Part shown: positions 41,755 through 54,700 of the stretch, in pieces
Position numbering within the stretch: position 1 is the stretch's first letter
Layout of the letters: each line of letters starts with the position of its first letter
NCBI GenBank assembly: GCA_032718475.1
Contig: JAUCBJ010001398.1
Span: 81,449 to 145,448, forward strand
Length of the DNA stretch: 64,000 bases
Origin: Nemertoderma westbladi
Lineage: Eukaryota; Animalia; Xenacoelomorpha
Direction: 5' to 3'
The notes under the pieces: model-generated
Database searches by the model: none
Told to the model about the DNA's origin: nothing
What the model saw: only the letters and a program-made list of their open reading frames with translations
Translations under genes and position numbers: made by a program

Positions 41755-43278
41755 TTTTCGATTTTGCCTTTAAATTTTTTTATAATCGTTATAAAAAAGT
41801 GTCTTTTGCGAAATCGCACCATCCGTTGCCATTCTCCACATTAGTCGTAAACTTTTCATATCAATAGAAAGTTTGCGTTGAAAGGATTCCAAATATGTAG
41901 CAATATCTGAATATTATTGAGAAACAGCTGAGAAATAGGCATTCAAAGATTACAAGAATTATTTTTCGCTGCAGGCCATTTATTCTATTTAATAAATACA
42001 GAATATTCTGGAACAATTTATTTATATATGATTAGCTACGCAATATTGATATTGTATAGGCATATCCCTGTTGCCAACCAACTCATAAAATAAATAGGAA
42101 TATTTAAATTTAAATCTTATATTAACATTAATAGAGCGTTTAAAACTATAGTTCACCAAACTAGTTCACACATAATCTTGTACTTTGGCAGCCTCATGGA
42201 GTGAATAAGAATAAGCATGGTGGACAGCCCATGACTTTCTTGAGACGCATCTTAAAGGACACTGGCCTTGAAGATGCGGATGATCTAGCAAATGTCATGG
42301 GTGATAGGGAGTTGTGGATGCGTAATTTTGTTGACAAGCCGGCACAGCATTCTTAAAAATGCAGCTGCAATGCAGCATGCCGATCCTAGTAGTAGTCACC
42401 AAACTCAACCGATAAATGACAATAAGTAAACCGGGTTATACAATATTAATTAATAGTCTTTCCCATCCCCCCGAAGAACGACAACAATAGCAACCCCCCC
42501 CCCCCCCCCCCCCCCTAGTACATGTCCTGGTCTATCCCCCGGATCCCCATCCCCAAACCCGAGACCCCGCCAAGGCCTCCTCCCACCCCTCAGGCACAGA
42601 GAGGTCGCCCGAAGGGGACCGAACTGCAGCCGTCGCCTCACCGCACCAAGCACCACCCCCAACCCACGCTGCCTCATCCCGACCTGCTAAGACTGCAGAG
42701 TCTCAGCAAGGTTCCGGATGAAGACCGCCCCCTTCACCCCACACTCCGTCAGTGGAACACACGAGCGGTGTGAAGTGCATCCTGCGTGTTTCGCAGGCCT
42801 CCTGGTAGTGGACACGTTTGACCCGCTCCCTCTGGACGAGTAAGGTCTCAGCGGAGCTGTTGGAGCGAACGTAGGAAGTGGCGTCAAGATTTATAATCGA
42901 GACGTCGAAAGACGCCACAACCTGGTTCGTCCAAACACCCCGTGAGACCAGATCAGCCATCATAAAATAAATAACACGTTCTAGAATTTTGTGTATTTAT
43001 TAAATAGAATAAATGGCCTGCTGCGAACAATAATTCTTGCAATCTTTGAATGCCTATTTCTCAGCTGTTTCTCAACGAAATTCAGATATTGTTACATTTT
43101 TGGAATCCTTGTAACGCAAGGTTTCTATTGATATGAAAATTTGCAAAAGATATGATATGAAAAGATTAATTTGAATTACGACTAATGTGGAGAATGGCAA
43201 TGATACGGATGGTGCGATTTCGCAAAAGACACTTTTTTAAAATGCTTGTAAAAAAAATTTAAAGCGGATATCGAAAAT
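41755..43278. mobile_element. Inverted-repeat DNA element (~270-bp arms) enclosing LINE fragments
   Basis: 41755-42015 is the reverse complement of ~42978-43278 (e.g. GTGTCTTTTGCGAAATCGCACCATCCG / CGGATGGTGCGATTTCGCAAAAGACAC); related arms near 47830-47990, 53100-53520 and 57790-57930. Confidence 0.75.
42450..42963 (-). mobile_element. 5'-truncated non-LTR retrotransposon, restriction-like endonuclease (RLE) C-terminus, CRE-like
   Basis: Frameshifted peptide ADLVSRGVW..ASFDVSIINLDATSY..ERVKRVHY..C..RRMHFTPLVCSTDG../FIRNLAETL../VRRRLQF..LRATSLCLRGGR matches the RLE-bearing C-terminus of early-branching non-LTR elements. Confidence 0.7.
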
Positions 43279-44077
43279 TCCGGCTTCATGGTAACAACCA
43301 CGGTGAGTTGAACTAGTTGAGTTTCAAATTTCAAGCAATATTGTAAAGATTTGCAGAAAAATTGTAGAAAATGGTGTATACAGTGAGTCGAAGTGATCAA
43401 TTTGCATACAATTCATAATAATTTCAGTACAATCGAATATTAAGGGTAAATAAATTACGGAGAGTAGTTTCCATGCCATCTAGCGTATGGAAGGCATAAT
43501 ACGTACACAAAACAATAATACAATCTATTTAATTAGTATTCAAATAGGGCCAAAAGTAGCCAAACCAAATATGAAATACAATATGGCAAATTTGGTTTCA
43601 TCGATCCAAAATTTAGTACCGAAATTTAATTTAATTTGAGTTTATCTTCCACCATTTTACAATTTTTTAAACAAGTTAAATTTTTTTCTGGTCAAATATT
43701 GTTATAGAACATTGAATTATCAATTATTGAAAGAAAAGAAAATGTTCTAGAACATTTTTTTACCCTAGAACATGATGTATATAACATGTTATTAGTGTTT
43801 AATTATATTTAAAATGTTACAACGGGTGGAACTCTAACTTTATAATCATGCAAATGTATTAATAATTCATATAGATTTAGGCCTAGTTAATATTAGCTTG
43901 TAATTTACGTAGCCAGTAATTTTAAAGTATAGGATTTTTAATAATTTATGTTTTCTATTTGTTCTGAGGTAATTAATAAAATTCAAATTATTAAATCATT
44001 TTGAATAAAGATTAATCAAAATTAAAATGTTTAGTTATTTTAAGGTTATTTTAAAATGTTTTGATGTTTTGTTCTAA

Positions 44078-45315
44078 GGCGAGGTAAGTTCAATAGGTTG
44101 AGCCCCTTTGCCTGTAATCTATGGGTTGTAGGTTCGAGCCCCACCTGGGTCCAATCAGCCCTTCATCCCCTGGGGTCGACAACATGAGGACCAGATCAGT
44201 GAGATCTGCGGGCGCTATGTTGCTGGATCCGCCGGCGCTTTATATGGCTGACCGTAAAATCTGGGGCGCTATTTTGTTGGGTCCGCCGGCACTGTGTGTT
44301 TATGGCTGACCGCGAGATCTGGGGCGCTATGTTGCTGGGTCCGCCTCCACTGTGTATGGCTGACAGTGAGATCTGAGGGCGCTATGTTGCTGGGTCCGAC
44401 GCCAATATGTATGGTTGATTGTGGGATCTAGGGGCGCTATGTTGGTGGGCTCTGCCAGCACTGTGTATGGCTGATTGTGAAATCTGGGGCGCTATGTTGC
44501 TGGGTCCGCCGCCACTGTGTATGGCTGATTGTGGGATCTAGGGGCGCTATGTTGGTGGGTCTGCCAGCACTGTGTATGGCTGATTGTGAAATCTGGGGCG
44601 CTATGTTGCTGGGTCCGCCGCCACTGTGTATGGCTGACAGTGAAATCTGGGGGCGCTATGTTGCTGGGTCCGCCGCCACTGTGTATGGTTGACCGCGAGA
44701 TCTGGGGGCGCTATGTTGCTGGGTCCGCCGCCACTGTGTAGGGCTGACAGTGAGATCTGGGGGCGCTATGTTGCTGGGTCCGCCGCCACTGTGTATGGTT
44801 GACCGCGAGATCTGGGGGCGCTATGTTGCTGGGTCCGCCGCCACTGTGTATGGCTGACAGTGAGATCTGAGGGCGCTATGTTGCTGGGTCCGCCGCCACT
44901 GTGTATGGCTGACAGTGAGATCTGGGGGCGCTATGTAGCTGGGTCCGCCGCCACTGTGTATGGCTGACAGTGAGATCTGGGGGCGCTATGTTGCTGGGTC
45001 CGCCGCCACTGTGTATGGTTGACCGCGAGATCTGGGGGCGCTATGTTGCTGGGTCCGCCGCCACTGTGTATGGCTGACAGTGAGATCTGAGGGCGCTATG
45101 TTGCTGGGACCGCCGCCACTGTGTATGGCTGACAGTGAGATCTGGGGGCGCTATGTTGCTGGGTCCGCCGCCACTGTGTATGGTTGACCGTGAGATCTGG
45201 GGGCGCTATGTTGCTGGGTCCGCCGCCACTGTGTATGGTTGACCGCGAGATCTGGGGGGGTTATGTTGCTGGGTCCGCCGGCACTGTGTATGGCTGAGGT
45301 CTACCTACTACCTAA
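44078..45315 (+). mobile_element. tRNA-derived SINE (Deu/Nin-domain-like) whose body is expanded into a 55-bp minisatellite
   Basis: tRNA-like head with B-box GGTTCGAGCCC, then CAGCCCTTCATCCCCTGGGGTCGACAACATGAGGACC, ~20 copies of a 55-bp unit, and a CTACCTACTACCTA tail. Confidence 0.65.
44198..45297 (+). repeat. 55-bp minisatellite (GAGATCTGGGGGCGCTATGTTGCTGGGTCCGCCGCCACTGTGTATGGCTGACAGT), ~20 copies
   Basis: Direct observation of 54-57-bp periodicity; units are more homogeneous toward the 3' end. Confidence 0.95.
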
Positions 45316-45721
45316 GATAATCTACTGTAAAAAATAAAGATTATTGGTGATATGCTCTGGAAGGTATTTTGTTTCTAGTAGGACCGCGTGTTCTTTGGGC
45401 TTGGGACATATTCAGTACTACCTGTCTCGCCTCCCGCCACTCTCTGGAGGCACCTGACAATGTTATACAAAAAACTTTGCGTCGATTTATACTAAATTTA
45501 GCCGTATTTTCTTCCTCCCGGTTAAAGTTAATTCTCTCAAAAACTTATTTAGGCCTATGATATAATGCAACTAATAAATAATAATTACTAAGTTTGTAGG
45601 ACATCACTAAAAACAGAAACTATGGGCAATTGCAGATTCATAATGAATTACAATGAACATTTATGGTTCACATAAGTAAAAGCTTTTTATAAAATTTCAA
45701 ATCAACCCATAAATCAGAACT

Positions 45722-47287
45722 ATGTTGGACATTTATTACGCTTTATTAACTTTATTTGCTTTTCTAACACTTTTCTTAATACTAGCGGCGTACATTTGGA
45801 GTACACATCGCATGTATGATCACATTCCATGCCCACAAAGAGATAACTTCCTCCTCGGGAATTTATTAACTATTGTACGACTTGTACGCCAAGGTTACGT
45901 ATTCCCGGATATTATACTAAAGATTGCTACTAGTAGCGAGATATATCAAAATATGTTTGTTCTCTGGTTGACCTGGAAACCATTGCTTATTTGTCTAGAC
46001 GATAAAGTTATGAAGGATATGTTGATGTCGAAACATGCTTACTGCAAACCGCAAGAATTTTACAGCGGGATATCTTACATAGCTGGCAATCGATTCCTCG
46101 GCAATGGGCTTCTTACTATAAAAGACTACGAACCCTGGCACAAACGCAGGTTATTAATCGATCCAGCCTTCGGACAAAAAATGCTATTGAAATTAGTGCC
46201 AGTTGTTAATCAGTTCATGGAGGTGCTCTGTAATAAACTTCAACACTTGGTCAACACGGGGTGCAAAATTAATCTTCTGCACGAAATCAATCTAACAAAT
46301 TTAGATATTATAGCTAAAATGACTTTTGGTATTGATATGAATTCACTAGCGCAGCCAAAAAATCCGTATACGACAGCCACGATGAAAATATTAGAAACGT
46401 TGCCTCTCAGTTTACGCGACACATTTTTTAAATACAATCCATTCCATCCTATGAAAAAGACAATCAAACAAGATATCGAAACGCTCAGAAATTTGATTAG
46501 GGAATGTATATGTGAGAGACAACAAGCCAATGAGAGCGAGGAAGGAGTAGAATGGGATCTTCTACAAGGTATACTTGATGGGCCTGCTAAATATAGCCAA
46601 GAATTTGAAGTAGAAGATTTAGTGGACGAACTTTGCACAATCCTAGTTGCGGGTCAGGAAACTACTTCGAATCTAGTATCATTCGCCATGATGGAGATAC
46701 AGCATTACGATGATGTCAAGGCCAGAGTTTTGCTAGAGATTAATCAAGTTTTACCTGACAGTGATGAGGTTATTACTTACAAAGATATTTCTAAGTTTAA
46801 GTATACAACTCAGGTATTAAAAGAGAGTTTAAGATTGTACGCGACAGCTCAAGGCACGGTTAGACAGGTGGTAAATGATAACAGTGTTATTAGTGGGTTT
46901 CCAGTGCCCCAGAATAGCACGATCATGTGCTTGACTTATGTGATGTGTCGAATGGAAAAGTATTTCACTGCTCCTCTCGAATTCATACCAGATCGCTTTT
47001 CGAACAAGAACAAAACATCAGTTAATTACAACGCATATTTCCCGTTCTCAAAAGGACCACGGCGGTGCATTGGTGAGAAATTCGCAATGACTGAAGCCGT
47101 CAATATCTTAGTCACTCTGCTAAGGCAACCGTTCGAATTCCAGATGGTAAATGGACAATATTCCAAGAAAACAGGGTTAATACATGTGATTGATACAGGT
47201 ACAATACGCCCAAAGTGGGGAGCAGTCGCCACATTGCGTTGTAAATGTGGCACAGAAGAGTCACTGCATTGCAATTACACATATTAA
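45722..47287 (+). CDS. Cytochrome P450, CYP46-like (cholesterol 24-hydroxylase family), single coding exon, 521 aa
   Basis: N-terminal membrane anchor, YDHIPCPQRDNFLLGNL, RFLGNGLLT..DYEPWHKRRLLIDPAF, I-helix AGQETTSN, KESLRLY (ExxR), FIPDRF, heme motif FSKGPRRCIGEKFA. Confidence 0.9.
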   Translation: MLDIYYALLTLFAFLTLFLILAAYIWSTHRMYDHIPCPQRDNFLLGNLLTIVRLVRQGYVFPDIILKIATSSEIYQNMFVLWLTWKPLLICLDDKVMKDMLMSKHAYCKPQEFYSGISYIAGNRFLGNGLLTIKDYEPWHKRRLLIDPAFGQKMLLKLVPVVNQFMEVLCNKLQHLVNTGCKINLLHEINLTNLDIIAKMTFGIDMNSLAQPKNPYTTATMKILETLPLSLRDTFFKYNPFHPMKKTIKQDIETLRNLIRECICERQQANESEEGVEWDLLQGILDGPAKYSQEFEVEDLVDELCTILVAGQETTSNLVSFAMMEIQHYDDVKARVLLEINQVLPDSDEVITYKDISKFKYTTQVLKESLRLYATAQGTVRQVVNDNSVISGFPVPQNSTIMCLTYVMCRMEKYFTAPLEFIPDRFSNKNKTSVNYNAYFPFSKGPRRCIGEKFAMTEAVNILVTLLRQPFEFQMVNGQYSKKTGLIHVIDTGTIRPKWGAVATLRCKCGTEESLHCNYTY

Positions 47288-48778
47288 TTATTAAGAAAGT
47301 AAATTATAAAACATAAAAACAAAAACATAATTAAAACTTAAAACAACCTGAATATGAAAAAAAGTCTCAAGTAAACGCGAACTTATTTAAAATATCTCAA
47401 GTTTAAAGTGCATTTGCGAGATCAAGAAGGATAAGTAAAACACGATTTCCAATAAATAAATTGTAACACAACTGACATTACATATTCTGATTTCATTTCT
47501 ACCGTTATTCTAAACTCTTAGACACATCAGTAATTACTGTATATTCTAGAATAGTTTGGGAGTTTCGAAACAACTACACTAGGAAATGAATCCTATGCTT
47601 ATTTGCGAACTTTGTTCCAACGGCCTGCGAACTTTGTTCCAATGGCTTGCGAACTTTGTTCCAATAGGCTGCGATCTTTCTTCCAATAATTGCGAACTTT
47701 GTTCCCATAGGATGCGACTTTGTTCCAATGACCCCTACCACCTACCAGCCAACCACAATGTCGTAATTCATTGACATCCCCCCCCCCCCCCCCCCCCAAT
47801 TTTATACAAATCTTAATGTGATTGCATGGAATTTGAAACAGAGATAGATTCATAGATATATTCAAATATTTTTACATATTTGGAATCCTTGCACGGTCAA
47901 CTTTACATTGCTACCAATTACTATAAGATTGAAGAATAACTGCAGTGCGACTGGCGATAAATCGATGAAGACACTTTTATCAAACGCTTGCAGCTAAAGA
48001 TTGAAAGCGAAAATAAAAAGTCTGGCACACCCACCCAGGAGGAGTTGAGTGAAACTATATCTGTTTCATGCATGCATTGGTCTCTAAATGAGTACCTACA
48101 GGACAGGACAAAGGTACTGTATCATCTGGGGTGTAGGCCTATAGTTCTTGGGGAACCGCAGTGGAAATAAGTCGTCTGAAACTGTGCGTAGTCCTTGGCG
48201 TAACGGCCGAGGAGAACTGTGCTTTTTTCCCTTTACGTTTTGCGAGCACCACACTCTGTGCCTTAATATCATCGATTCTTTAACTTACAGTAAGTAGCCT
48301 ATGTCCAGCCTTTCATACAATGTTACTTAGACCCCTGATTAACAGTCCGCTGCTACATTTAACTCAATTAATCTATAAATAATAAGTTTGGCATTGAATG
48401 CCCAAGCCAATATACACTAGCTTTACGTGTACGCCAACTTAGTAATACTCTAGGTATATGTTAAATATTATTGTTATGTATAACTTCCATAAAGTACATG
48501 GATACACAATAACTATATAAATACTTTGATGACTCCCGGTTTACTTCATATTATATTATTAATATTGTAGGCTACTAAAATGTGTTGGATAAAACAGAAA
48601 CTATTTATATCACGTAATGTAATGTACAATATAGTAGTAGGCTGCTTTGAATATAAGTGTCAACGCATTGACTGCACTGCCAGAATTACTGTATCAAATT
48701 AACGCATTAAATTTAGGTTAATTATATTACTATTCTTTTTTACTCTCACCTCAACTTCATTTATTGAATAACGCGAAT

Positions 48779-51700
48779 ATGGCGGATGCAATACTACCGC
48801 CCCAAGTACATACTCAAAACGAACTTATAGAAAGGGAGAATGAAAACTCATCAAGTGACGAAACCGAGGTAAATTATATAACAATAAATCGTTAGTAAAT
48901 AAAAATAAAGTAAATTTATCGGTGAACGTGAAACACGTGAAGGCGCCACACTAACTGCCAAGGCTGGGCACTCTATGACTATCCAATAATTTATTTACCT
49001 CCCTAGCAGGTAGGCCTACTGCTGTTCGCAGCAGCAGCAGAACCCAGATTCCGATTGTACCGCTGGCGTTTGCGTAAAGCATTATTTAGGCCTATAGTAC
49101 AGAATAAAATTAAAACCCAAAGTGTTTACCGGTTTTATTGCCTTAATATCGTTTAGTATAAAAAGTAATATTGCAATTCATTATTATTTGCAGACAGATA
49201 CATCAGGATCATCTCCCCTACCTACACAAACTGAATTTAAAGAAAGCGACCAGAATACTTTCAGCAGATCGCAGGTAAATTCTATAAGTACCGCAAATCA
49301 TCGTCAGGTTTATAACATTTTTGTGTAGGCCTACTCTAGCTATATAATGTTGTGCACTTTGACATTCAGAACTTCCAAGCACTCTTTTCACATTTATTAT
49401 GTTGAAGAATAATTTATATACCGTAAGGCACATTAGGGTACGCCACAGACAGATAGAGACTGGACAGCGGATAACCTTATTAATATTTCCGAAAAAACGG
49501 AATTGTCGTGGATTCACCATACGGTGATACAAAGTGTTACAAAATTGTAACTCTTTTGCACTGACTTTATTAAGGAGAAATCTTAAGGCCATGATACACC
49601 ACAGGAGCGGCGAGCGGCAGCGGCGAGCGGCCGCGGCAAGCGGCCACTTTTTAAAAATAGAACACATTATTTTCTATGGGTGATGATACACCACAAATGG
49701 CTGCTGCCGCTCGCCGCTCCTGTGGTGTATCATGGCCTTTACAATATTAACATCGAATTCATCTAAATATTGTATTCATTATATTCCGATGTACAGTATA
49801 TATAATTCTAAATTATATCATTTAATATAAATTTACTAACAATTCTCTAAATTAGGCCCTGCTGTTTAGGTGTGCTCTGCTACGAATTCTCCTTTGTATT
49901 TTACTTTATCTTAAAATATTACAAGAATACAATGAAAAAATTAAGTTTCACAGAATCTATAAAGTTAGTACTTAAATGAACAAATAGCTACAATACTATA
50001 TATCTTCATTTGTTTATACAGTACTACTGTGAATATATTAAAATTAAGCACATTATTAATTATCAATAACTCACATGATTGGTGGTGGAATGCTATGCCG
50101 CTACACGACGGCCTGTTACTTTTGAAATCAGTTTGTTTTCTCCATCTGTGAGCACCTTCTTATTATAAAAAGGCCAGCTGTCAAGGTCAGGAGCGCCTTA
50201 AGAGATCAAGGTCAGATGCGATACATTGCACTAACAGCGAATAGTTCGGTTTTGTTACTGTTTATTATTATTTCAGGTGGAGTCATCCCGACAGTCTCCT
50301 GAACCTTCACAAAACGAACAGAGAGAAACAGATGTAGATGAAACACAAACCGATGCAGATGCAAACGAGGTCTGGTAATCGAGAGCAGTGAATTACAGTA
50401 GTTTAGTAGCAAGTGGCTCGCCCCTACACTTCATCTTATCTCATCTTATCGCTTCAATGTCCATACTGAATATTTTTTAATTAATGGCTTCAAATTGACC
50501 GCAAACACAAATCTTGAATTTAGTGGGGTTAAAATTTTAATAAAATATAATTAAAATATTACGGGAATTAAAGGAGCAGGTTACAGTGGCTGAGTCTTCT
50601 AACCAAAACAATAAAGAAACGACCAATTTGCACTACAGATCACTTTTTTCCACTTCTGTAAATATGTGCCACTATCTGCCAATTTTAATGGCCTTTTTGA
50701 GCAATCAAGAGTATTGCAAGTGTACAATTATATCAATGTACTCTACGATGTATAATTACTATTTTCAGCAACATTCACCTCGAGAAGTTGGGGTTAAGAA
50801 TGTGGGGTTTAGTTCCGTGATTGATTATGAAAGGAAAGATGAAGAATCCAAATCGAGTGCCGACGATGAACATAAATCCAGTAACGAGAATGACAGAGAC
50901 ATTATATTCGAACAAGAAGGTAAATTCCAACTCATGGACTCTGGCGTCACCAATGGAAACGAGGACAAACAGACGGAAAACGATGACAACGACGTGCGAG
51001 CCAAGAGTTCCACTCCGCGATCCACAGATTCGGCGAGGAGTAGCGATAGAGACAAATCGAACAAACAGACCTACTACAGAACAGCAGAACAAATCGCCGA
51101 GCTAAGGAGAATAATGAAAGAGAATCAAAAAGAGAAGAGAGAATTAGAAGAGAGAGAAAATGAAGATAAAAAGAATAGGAAGGAGGAATCAGAGAAGGCC
51201 TACAAGTATTGGTTACAGTGCAAACGAGATCAGGATAAAGAAGCAAAAGAAAACGCCAATGAGGAAGAAGAACAAGAGGTGAGATCTACAGTACATTAGG
51301 TTTTATGGAAGTTTTATCTTAATCTCGAGCTTAGTAAACGTAAACACACAGTCACACAACTGCGTACTTTAGAAGAAATTAGACAAGATAAGATAATAAT
51401 TAATATAATAATAACTATTCTACTGTATAATTTAGTTTATGCAGAATCACTGACGTACAGTACAGGTATAATAAGTCTTAACTTATATTTATTTATAGGA
51501 GAAAACGAAAACTACTAAAGAGGCGGTTCAAGAATGGTCTGACAAGAAAAAATCTCAACGGGAGAAAGAGAGACAACTGAAAGAATGCCAACGCCACCAA
51601 GAGCAAGAATTGATTATTATTAGGCAAAGGGAAGAGTGCGACGAAGCGTTTAAGCAATGGTTAAAGAATAAGAAACGAATACTGAAGCAACAGGTTGGTT

Positions 51701-54700
51701 ATCAATCGCCACACGGATAAAAATGAATTCCTAACGTAAGAGTTGGCCTACTGAATATTCAGCAGTCATACAAGACCACCCTCAGGCGGGTCCGCTTCTT
51801 CTTTGATTTAATATGATAAATGCAACATCATACAGTAACTTGTGATATTTTACAACTTATCGAACCAGTTGAGAATTGATATATAGACTTTAAAACCAGC
51901 AGATCCAAATTATGAGATTTGCGGGGATCAGACTTTTAGACTTCCTGCACACATATTTTCAAAGTATCCCGCTAGAGGGCTAGATGTCTGAAAATTCACC
52001 GTCCTCTCCACTGTTTTCGTTTTTATTTTCTCCCGTGGAAACTTTGGATATAATTCATCAACTAAATCCACTTTTACGTTTTCATTAAAACACTTTGTTC
52101 TCACAATCAGAATTTTCGCCCTCTCGCGCCAGCTTAGAAAACGTCAGCCAGGTAAAATATACTCGAAAAGGGTGTAGGCGTACTGTACTACATATTTGTC
52201 AAGAATACAGTAGGCTCCAAAGAATTAAATCCAACGAAATGGGCGGAAAGAGGTATTCATTTTCAGATATTCTCTTCTACTACGATAGCTCCTATGAGCA
52301 TAGCTCCTTCTATGCTCAGTAGACTGAAGATCTGCAAATTAATCAATTTCGTCCTAAAGTCACTACCGGTACAAACTGTTAGTATCAGTAGGCCTACACT
52401 ACAGTAGACCTACACAGCATATCAGGTTTCTGTTCGCAATTCGCTGGGGTTAGTTGCACAAAGTCTGAGAAAAATAAAAGCGGCGTGGAACTCTTTCTGG
52501 AGAAACCCTGGAGTTATTCAAAATGACGCCGAACACCAACTATGTATTTAGTGTATTTAACAAAATGACTTACGGTAAATTAATTTTAAATATATGGGAA
52601 AGGAGCAGGTTACAGAGGCGGTGTTTTCTAACCAAAACAATAAGTAAAACTTCATTTCATATGAAACCGATTTACGCTGCCGTCAATGTCGCCAATTTGC
52701 GCGCCACTCTGCCCCCATCATGTTCCCGGTGCCCATTACAGCTGTGTGCACTGAAGCTACTGTAGTTCTATAACAAATTTACATTTTCTGGGGCTCGAAC
52801 TCATTTACATATACAGTAGATACAGATACTATACTACTGTACTCTAGTACTATACTGCAGTAGCGCGAGCAGCAGGTAATAAATAATAAGTTAAGTTAGA
52901 CCTCAAGCTGCAACCATATTGAGTTTGATAAAGCATAATGCATTCTAGGCCTATACTGTAGTTATCGTATGTAGGCCTACAGTACAGTGCAGTATACGAA
53001 TACACCAACCATGCCCCGGAATATAGTGTCATAATTCGATATTGCACCATAGTTACATCGCAGTTATTCTTGAACCTTATAGTGATTTGTTGGTACTGAT
53101 TGAAAGCTGGCCGTTCAAGGAATCCATATATGTAACACAATCTGAAATTCGTTGAAAAATCGATGAGATATGAGCCTTCAAAAGTTGCATACGGTGTTGC
53201 ACCTGCGCAGAGCTATTTTATTATGTTTAATAATAATATAGTAAATACACACCTTATTCTGGAACATTTTGTTTATCCCATACAGTACTTTTAGCTGGGC
53301 AACAATGCAATACCTCTTTAATCATACTATTACGTAACTCGTAGCTATTCATACATAAACAAAATGTTCTAGAGTAGAATATGGTTTATTTATTAAATAC
53401 TGCAGAATAAAATCGCCTTGCGCATTTGCAAAAGCATGTAACTTTTGGATGCTTATATCTCATCTAGTATACGACGTAATTCAGATTGTGATATTTAGAA
53501 TCCTTGGAACTTTCCATCACTACCAACTATTCACTATAGGTATGTATAAGGTTGAGGTTGAAGAATAACTGTGGTGTAACTGGTGGTGGTGCAATATCGA
53601 CGGAGACAGTTCGCTTGTAGCTAAAGATTGAAAGCAAAAATAAAAATTCTGGCTCACCCACTCCCACTGAGTGATCGGGAAGTGAAACTCTCTCTGTTTC
53701 TAATTTCATGCAAACTCATGAAGATTCTAAAAAAAATTTAGGCGCGGGGTGGGGGGTCGTTTCCTTGAATTACGACACTATTAGGCCTATTTAGATCTTC
53801 CGGTGTCTATGGTGTTGTTAAGGAGTTTAGCCAAACCTCAACCATTAAAACCTACTGTCCTACAGGGGCCTACTGTCCTATGACTGTAGTAGGCCTACTG
53901 CAGTACTGTACTGTAACAGTGTACCGGTACTACTGCTGTAGGCTACTGTGATAACGCCCATCAGTGGTGGTGTGATTTAGGCATAACTGTGAACTGCAGA
54001 ACTTAATACAGTAACAGCAGAATAGGTGACAATGGAACCATTTATTGAATCAGCCAGCGCATTGGTAATTTCCAAATGTATGTTCGCTACTATCTGTTCC
54101 GAAAATCATACGTTTCTGCGGACGTTTATCGAAGAATTCCTGGACGCGAATTCGAGTTTTCTGGGTAATTACGTTGTTAAGAATTGTACTGCAGGGCAAA
54201 TTACTGAGTGGCTACAGCGTTCGCTGTTTTCTGGGTCTAACAACGCCGCCACCACCTCTGCTCTGCCCCTGTGCTCGACCACTGTCCCAGCTTCAGCTAC
54301 CGGGTACCGCGAGAAGACAAGTATTCCGCCGCGACCATTGAGAACATCGGCTACGACAGCGGTTCGGTACCGACCTAATCTTGCTTCCCAAATGAGTTGC
54401 CGTCAGAAATCTCGATACTCTAGGCGTTTCCCACCAAGTTATAAACCCTCCTGCTCTTATAGCCAGTCTGGGGATTTTATCCTTACCCGAGGCCGAGACC
54501 CAATGTCAACCCCAATGGCACCCATATTAGACCCACTAGGACCTGAAATCAACCCTGTTAGATCTGACCAAACTGCAACATGTTCTTCCAATGTGTCATT
54601 AACTTACAATAACGAACACTGTATTCCTGCAGTAATCACTACCGGTACAGGCAATCAATCTACCCAACCCTTAACAAACCCGTCAGATGCTCCCGATATC

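Noticed and set aside
46240-47274. Minus-strand ORFs overlapping the P450 (similarly those antisense to MCM3, CCDC181-like and zinc-finger exons)
   Set aside because: Shadow frames of real coding sequence with no independent motifs.
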